Shown: one piece after another, positions 26,081-29,127 of the stretch
Position numbering within the stretch: position 1 is the first letter of the stretch
Layout of the letters: each line of letters begins with the position of its first letter
DNA from: Promethearchaeota archaeon
Lineage (GTDB): Archaea; Asgardarchaeota; Lokiarchaeia; Sigyniarchaeales; SOKP01
Length of the DNA stretch: 29,127 nucleotides
Direction of reading: 5' to 3'
Assembly (NCBI GenBank): GCA_048940925.1
Contig: JBHLOC010000029.1
Coordinates: 33,299 to 62,425 of the forward strand
Made by a program: the position numbers and the translations under genes
Notes under the pieces: generated by a model
Told to the model about the DNA's origin: nothing
Seen by the model: the letters and a program-made list of their open reading frames with translations, nothing else
Databases searched by the model: none

Positions 26081-26734
26081 ATGGTAAAGGAAAATCTTAA
26101 CTCTAATATAGAATCCAACATTGAATCTGAATTATATGCGCTAATTCATACTATTCTTAATGCGTATGAAAAATTTAAAGAAGGAGTTATTAATAATATC
26201 TACTTTCGAAAGACAGTAAAAAATGCAATAAATGAATTACTTAAATTTAATTTCATTCTGGATGAGAAAAAAATAGAACTCTCTACTCTCCTTAAAAAAA
26301 TGAATTTTACTAAGCAATATTATAAAGCAATTGGTATTATCAATAAACTCTCGTCTCTAGAATTCTCTAAGAATCTTTCTGAAACTGGTATAAGTGATCA
26401 ACTTCCTATTTCAAATGAGATAAGTTCCATAGTTTTAGAACTCCCGGGTATTACTTTAGAAATAACTTCTTCTTTTATAACTTTAATGGATGCTTTAAAA
26501 TTAAATGGATTCAAAGAAAGAGAATTAATAGAAGAATTATTTAGAGAATTGATTAATAATATGGAGAGATTTCCTGGCATAGATACTCTTCTCTTAAAAG
26601 TTAAAGCAATCTTTAATCAATCATTCAATAATAAAACTAATTTTGATGATCTTACTAAATCTAAAGAAATAATCGTAGATGAAATTTATCAACTCTTTAA
26701 AGAATTTCAAAATAAACTAAACCCAAAGCAATAA
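26081..26734 (+). CDS. vps28: Vps28-like protein (ESCRT-I subunit homolog)
   Basis: N-terminal SELYALIHTI...EG.I and C-terminal ITSSFITLMDALKLN, matching the Vps28 FIT.MDALKL signature. Confidence 0.8.
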   Translation: MVKENLNSNIESNIESELYALIHTILNAYEKFKEGVINNIYFRKTVKNAINELLKFNFILDEKKIELSTLLKKMNFTKQYYKAIGIINKLSSLEFSKNLSETGISDQLPISNEISSIVLELPGITLEITSSFITLMDALKLNGFKERELIEELFRELINNMERFPGIDTLLLKVKAIFNQSFNNKTNFDDLTKSKEIIVDEIYQLFKEFQNKLNPKQ

Positions 26735-26826
26735 ATAAAACAAAAAGATTAATATTCCTTCTATGCCTTAAAATTATATTAGTATAATAAATATCGCTTT
26801 GAAATTAAGGAAAGAAGGTAATTATC

Positions 26827-27096
26827 ATTCCACGCCCAGGATTAAGATCTAAAGCTCAAGCAAGAAAAAGAATTCGAACGCCAGGAAATCGAAATGTAAT
26901 TCATTATTGGAGGAGAAAACCTAAAAGAGCACATTGTGCTCTCTGTAAAAAACCGCTTCAATCAATTCCACGATTACGCCCATCTAATATGCGTAAAACG
27001 GATAAAACTGCTAGAAAAGCAAACAGAATGGAAAGTGGAAGATATTGTGCAAAATGCCTTCAAAGATTATTAAAAGAAACAGTATGGAGTCAATAA
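26827..27096 (+). CDS. rpl34e: 50S ribosomal protein eL34, absent from the ORF track; apparent ATT start
   Basis: (I/M)PRPGLRSKAQARKRIRTPGNRNVIHYWRRKPKRAHCALCKKPLQSIPRLRP...RKANRMESGRYCAKCL; in-frame TAA at 26806-26808 with no ATG/GTG/TTG before PRP; lies before cmk-eL14 as usual. Confidence 0.93.
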   Translation: MPRPGLRSKAQARKRIRTPGNRNVIHYWRRKPKRAHCALCKKPLQSIPRLRPSNMRKTDKTARKANRMESGRYCAKCLQRLLKETVWSQ

Positions 27097-27188
27097 TCTT
27101 TTATTTAAACCTATAACTTCTTCTATTTATATAGTAAGGTTTCATTAATTTATTTGAAATATTAATATTATTTAAATCAGCAATTAGA

Positions 27189-27722
27189 ATGATCTTAACA
27201 ATTTCAGGACTTCATGGTACTGGAAAAAGTACAGTAGCAAAATTAATTGCTAAGAAATTGGGAATTAATTATTATAGTACCGGACAGATCTTTAGAGATC
27301 TAGCAAAAGAAATGAATTTAACTCTAGAGGAATTTACTGAATATGCAGAAAATAATCCTAATATTGATAAAAGACTTGATGATAAAATAATTGACATAGC
27401 TAAAAATGATGATGTAATAATAGATAGCCAATTAAGTGCGTATATTCTTAGATCAATAGCAGACTTTAAAATATTACTAACCTGCCCATTAGAAATCCGA
27501 GTAAAACGAATTGCTGAAAGAGATAATTCTTCATATGAAAAAAAATTAAAAGAAACGCTATTAAGAGAAGAATCAGAATTGCAACGCTTTAAAAAACTCT
27601 ATGAAATAGATCTAAAAGATGCGGAAACGATTAGACACGTATACAATTTGATTATTGATACAGGAAACTTAACAATTGAGGAAATAATAGAAAAAATACT
27701 TTCCGCTGTCAAAAAACTATAA
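27189..27722 (+). CDS. cmk: Cytidylate kinase, archaeal type
   Basis: TISGLHGTGKST...GQIFRDLA...ID..LD...R..RIAER...RE.SE..RF..LY.ID; position between eL34 and eL14. Confidence 0.92.
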   Translation: MILTISGLHGTGKSTVAKLIAKKLGINYYSTGQIFRDLAKEMNLTLEEFTEYAENNPNIDKRLDDKIIDIAKNDDVIIDSQLSAYILRSIADFKILLTCPLEIRVKRIAERDNSSYEKKLKETLLREESELQRFKKLYEIDLKDAETIRHVYNLIIDTGNLTIEEIIEKILSAVKKL

Positions 27723-27851
27723 AGTACTATCTGTTTTTAAAAATCAAAAATAATTTATTTTTGTATATATTTTTAAACTTACTAAAAATATTCTAATTTA
27801 CTGGAAATAACAATACCCAGTAATCATTAAAATAGTTTGGTGACAAATTAT

Positions 27852-28124
27852 ATGAGCGTGTATGATATAGGAAGGCTTTGCGTCAAAACTATGGGAAGGG
27901 AAGCAGGCCATTATTGCATTATCATAGATATTATTGATAGAAATTATATTCTCATTGATGGATTAAACGTTAGAAGAAGAAGAGTTAATTATAAACATAT
28001 TGAGCCATTATCAGATACTATAGATATTAAAAAAGGAGCAAAACATGAAGATGTCGAGGCAGCAATTAAAAGCGCTAAGCTAGTAAAAAAAATGAAAGAA
28101 ACTATCTCTATTCCAATAAAATAA
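27852..28124 (+). CDS. rpl14e: 50S ribosomal protein eL14
   Basis: DIGRLCVKTMGREAG..CIIIDIID.NYILIDG..VRRRRVN.KHIEP. Confidence 0.96.
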   Translation: MSVYDIGRLCVKTMGREAGHYCIIIDIIDRNYILIDGLNVRRRRVNYKHIEPLSDTIDIKKGAKHEDVEAAIKSAKLVKKMKETISIPIK

Positions 28125-28274
28125 TTTCAACATTTACCTTTACTATTTCTCAAAATTCATAATATTTTATTTTCTCATATTTAGTTTATTGTCTTCTTGA
28201 TATCTATAATAAAATATTAAAATTTTAAATTGTTATATTGAAAATATAGCACATATAATTCGATTCTTTTTACT

Positions 28275-28375
28275 GCAGACATAGCCTAGCCTGGTACGGC
28301 GCTGGCTTGGAGCGGAGATACTCCCAGAAAGCCAGTGTGTGAATGCACTCGAGGGTTCAAATCCCTCTGTCTGCG
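28275..28375 (+). tRNA. tRNA-Ser (GGA) with a 17-nt canonical 37/38 intron (28313-28329)
   Basis: Acceptor GCAGACA/TGTCTGC plus G73; anticodon stem CTGGC/GCCAG, anticodon GGA at 28309-28311; BHB helix TTGG/CCAG; long variable arm; T arm GAGGG-TTCAAAT-CCCTC. Confidence 0.93.
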
Positions 28376-28476
28376 TTTCTTTATTTTTAGGATATATAAA
28401 TAATATTATTTAATTAAATCCTTAAATAACTTCATTATAATATAATTTTATTTTCTCTATTTCCTCAAAAAAATAT

Positions 28477-29082
28477 TCATACGTCAGGAAATTCTAAGGC
28501 TTTTGCTTTTGAAGCTCCCATCATTTGTCCCACACCACCAGATGCTTGAGTTTGAAGCTTTAAAAGTCTCTGAATTAATGTATTAAGCCCTAAAGAACAT
28601 ATAAAATACCAAGCAGTAAAATTTATCGCTATGTTTCCCGCTCTAATGAAGTTCCCTATCAACGGAATGTCGTTAGCATTCATGGCAGAGATTGCTACAG
28701 GACTCCGCCCAAAAACTACAGTATTTAAAACAGTGAAAATTATAATCATAGGAAGAAATGTAATACACGTTGGCTTTAATCTTTGCAAAGCCATACCCTG
28801 TTGCGATTTTTTATACATATCATCTTTTCGCTCCCATTTTTTTCTGAGTTTCCTATATCGCTCAGGATCAGTCTCAGCTAATGCAATTATCTTTTCTTTC
28901 TCTTCTTGATGGCTCTTGATTTGCTTTTGCTTCCTTGCTAACTCCGCTGTATCGACTAACCATTTGGTTAATAGAGTAGAAATTAATGCTGTTGTTAAGG
29001 CTAAAAGAAAAACAAAAATCATAGAACCCGGAAGGGTACTTATCAGCTCTAAGAAATCATTCTTAAAGATTAAAAATATCAT
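28477..29082 (-). CDS. EMC3/TMCO1 family (DUF106; Oxa1-superfamily insertase)
   Basis: TM1, cytosolic coiled coil, LKPTCITFLPMIIIF, and C-terminal WYFICS...IQRLL signature. Confidence 0.88.
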   Translation of the reverse strand: MIFLIFKNDFLELISTLPGSMIFVFLLALTTALISTLLTKWLVDTAELARKQKQIKSHQEEKEKIIALAETDPERYRKLRKKWERKDDMYKKSQQGMALQRLKPTCITFLPMIIIFTVLNTVVFGRSPVAISAMNANDIPLIGNFIRAGNIAINFTAWYFICSLGLNTLIQRLLKLQTQASGGVGQMMGASKAKALEFPDV

Positions 29083-29127
29083 GCTTATTCTTTAATTATA
29101 TTGTAATAATTATAAATTTTTCAGATG

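Noticed and set aside
9063-28909. Other short overlapping ORFs (9063, 9184, 10586, 11309, 13252, 13365, 15955, 16390, 18948, 20082, 21553, 23043, 23104, 23639, 26398, 28631)
   Set aside because: Nested in or antisense to well-supported genes, with no recognisable motifs
1-29127. CRISPR arrays, transposases, integrases, rRNA
   Set aside because: None seen: no periodic repeats or mobile-element motifs

Overview
AT-rich archaeal chromosome segment, most consistent with an Asgard archaeon of the Lokiarchaeia/Promethearchaeia type (inferred from Vps28, roadblock, longin-like and Yip1 proteins together with Sec machinery). 1-8028 is the archaeal S10/spc ribosomal protein cluster (uS3 to uL15), with no secY after uL15. 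8.3-11.1 kb is a probable cobalamin-uptake pair (ECF S component and DUF4430 protein) sharing a palindromic upstream motif. 11.6-18.7 kb holds selenocysteine machinery (SelB, 9/4 tRNA-Sec(UCA), SepSecS) mixed with unrelated genes. 19.6-19.8 kb is a minus-strand tRNA-Ile(UAU) apparently split by three BHB-type introns. The remainder carries eukaryote-signature-like genes (coiled-coil pair, longin-like/helical-repeat protein, Yip1, Vps28, EMC3/TMCO1), DUF62, a Nudix-NadM fusion, RtcA, eL34-cmk-eL14 and an intron-containing tRNA-Ser(GGA). The best leads are the triple-intron tRNA-Ile(UAU) with a 7-nt exon, two ribosomal protein genes (uS14, eL34) that lack an in-frame ATG/GTG/TTG and appear to start at ATT, and the shared operator-like palindrome. 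All protein calls come from motif recognition by eye; no searches were run.
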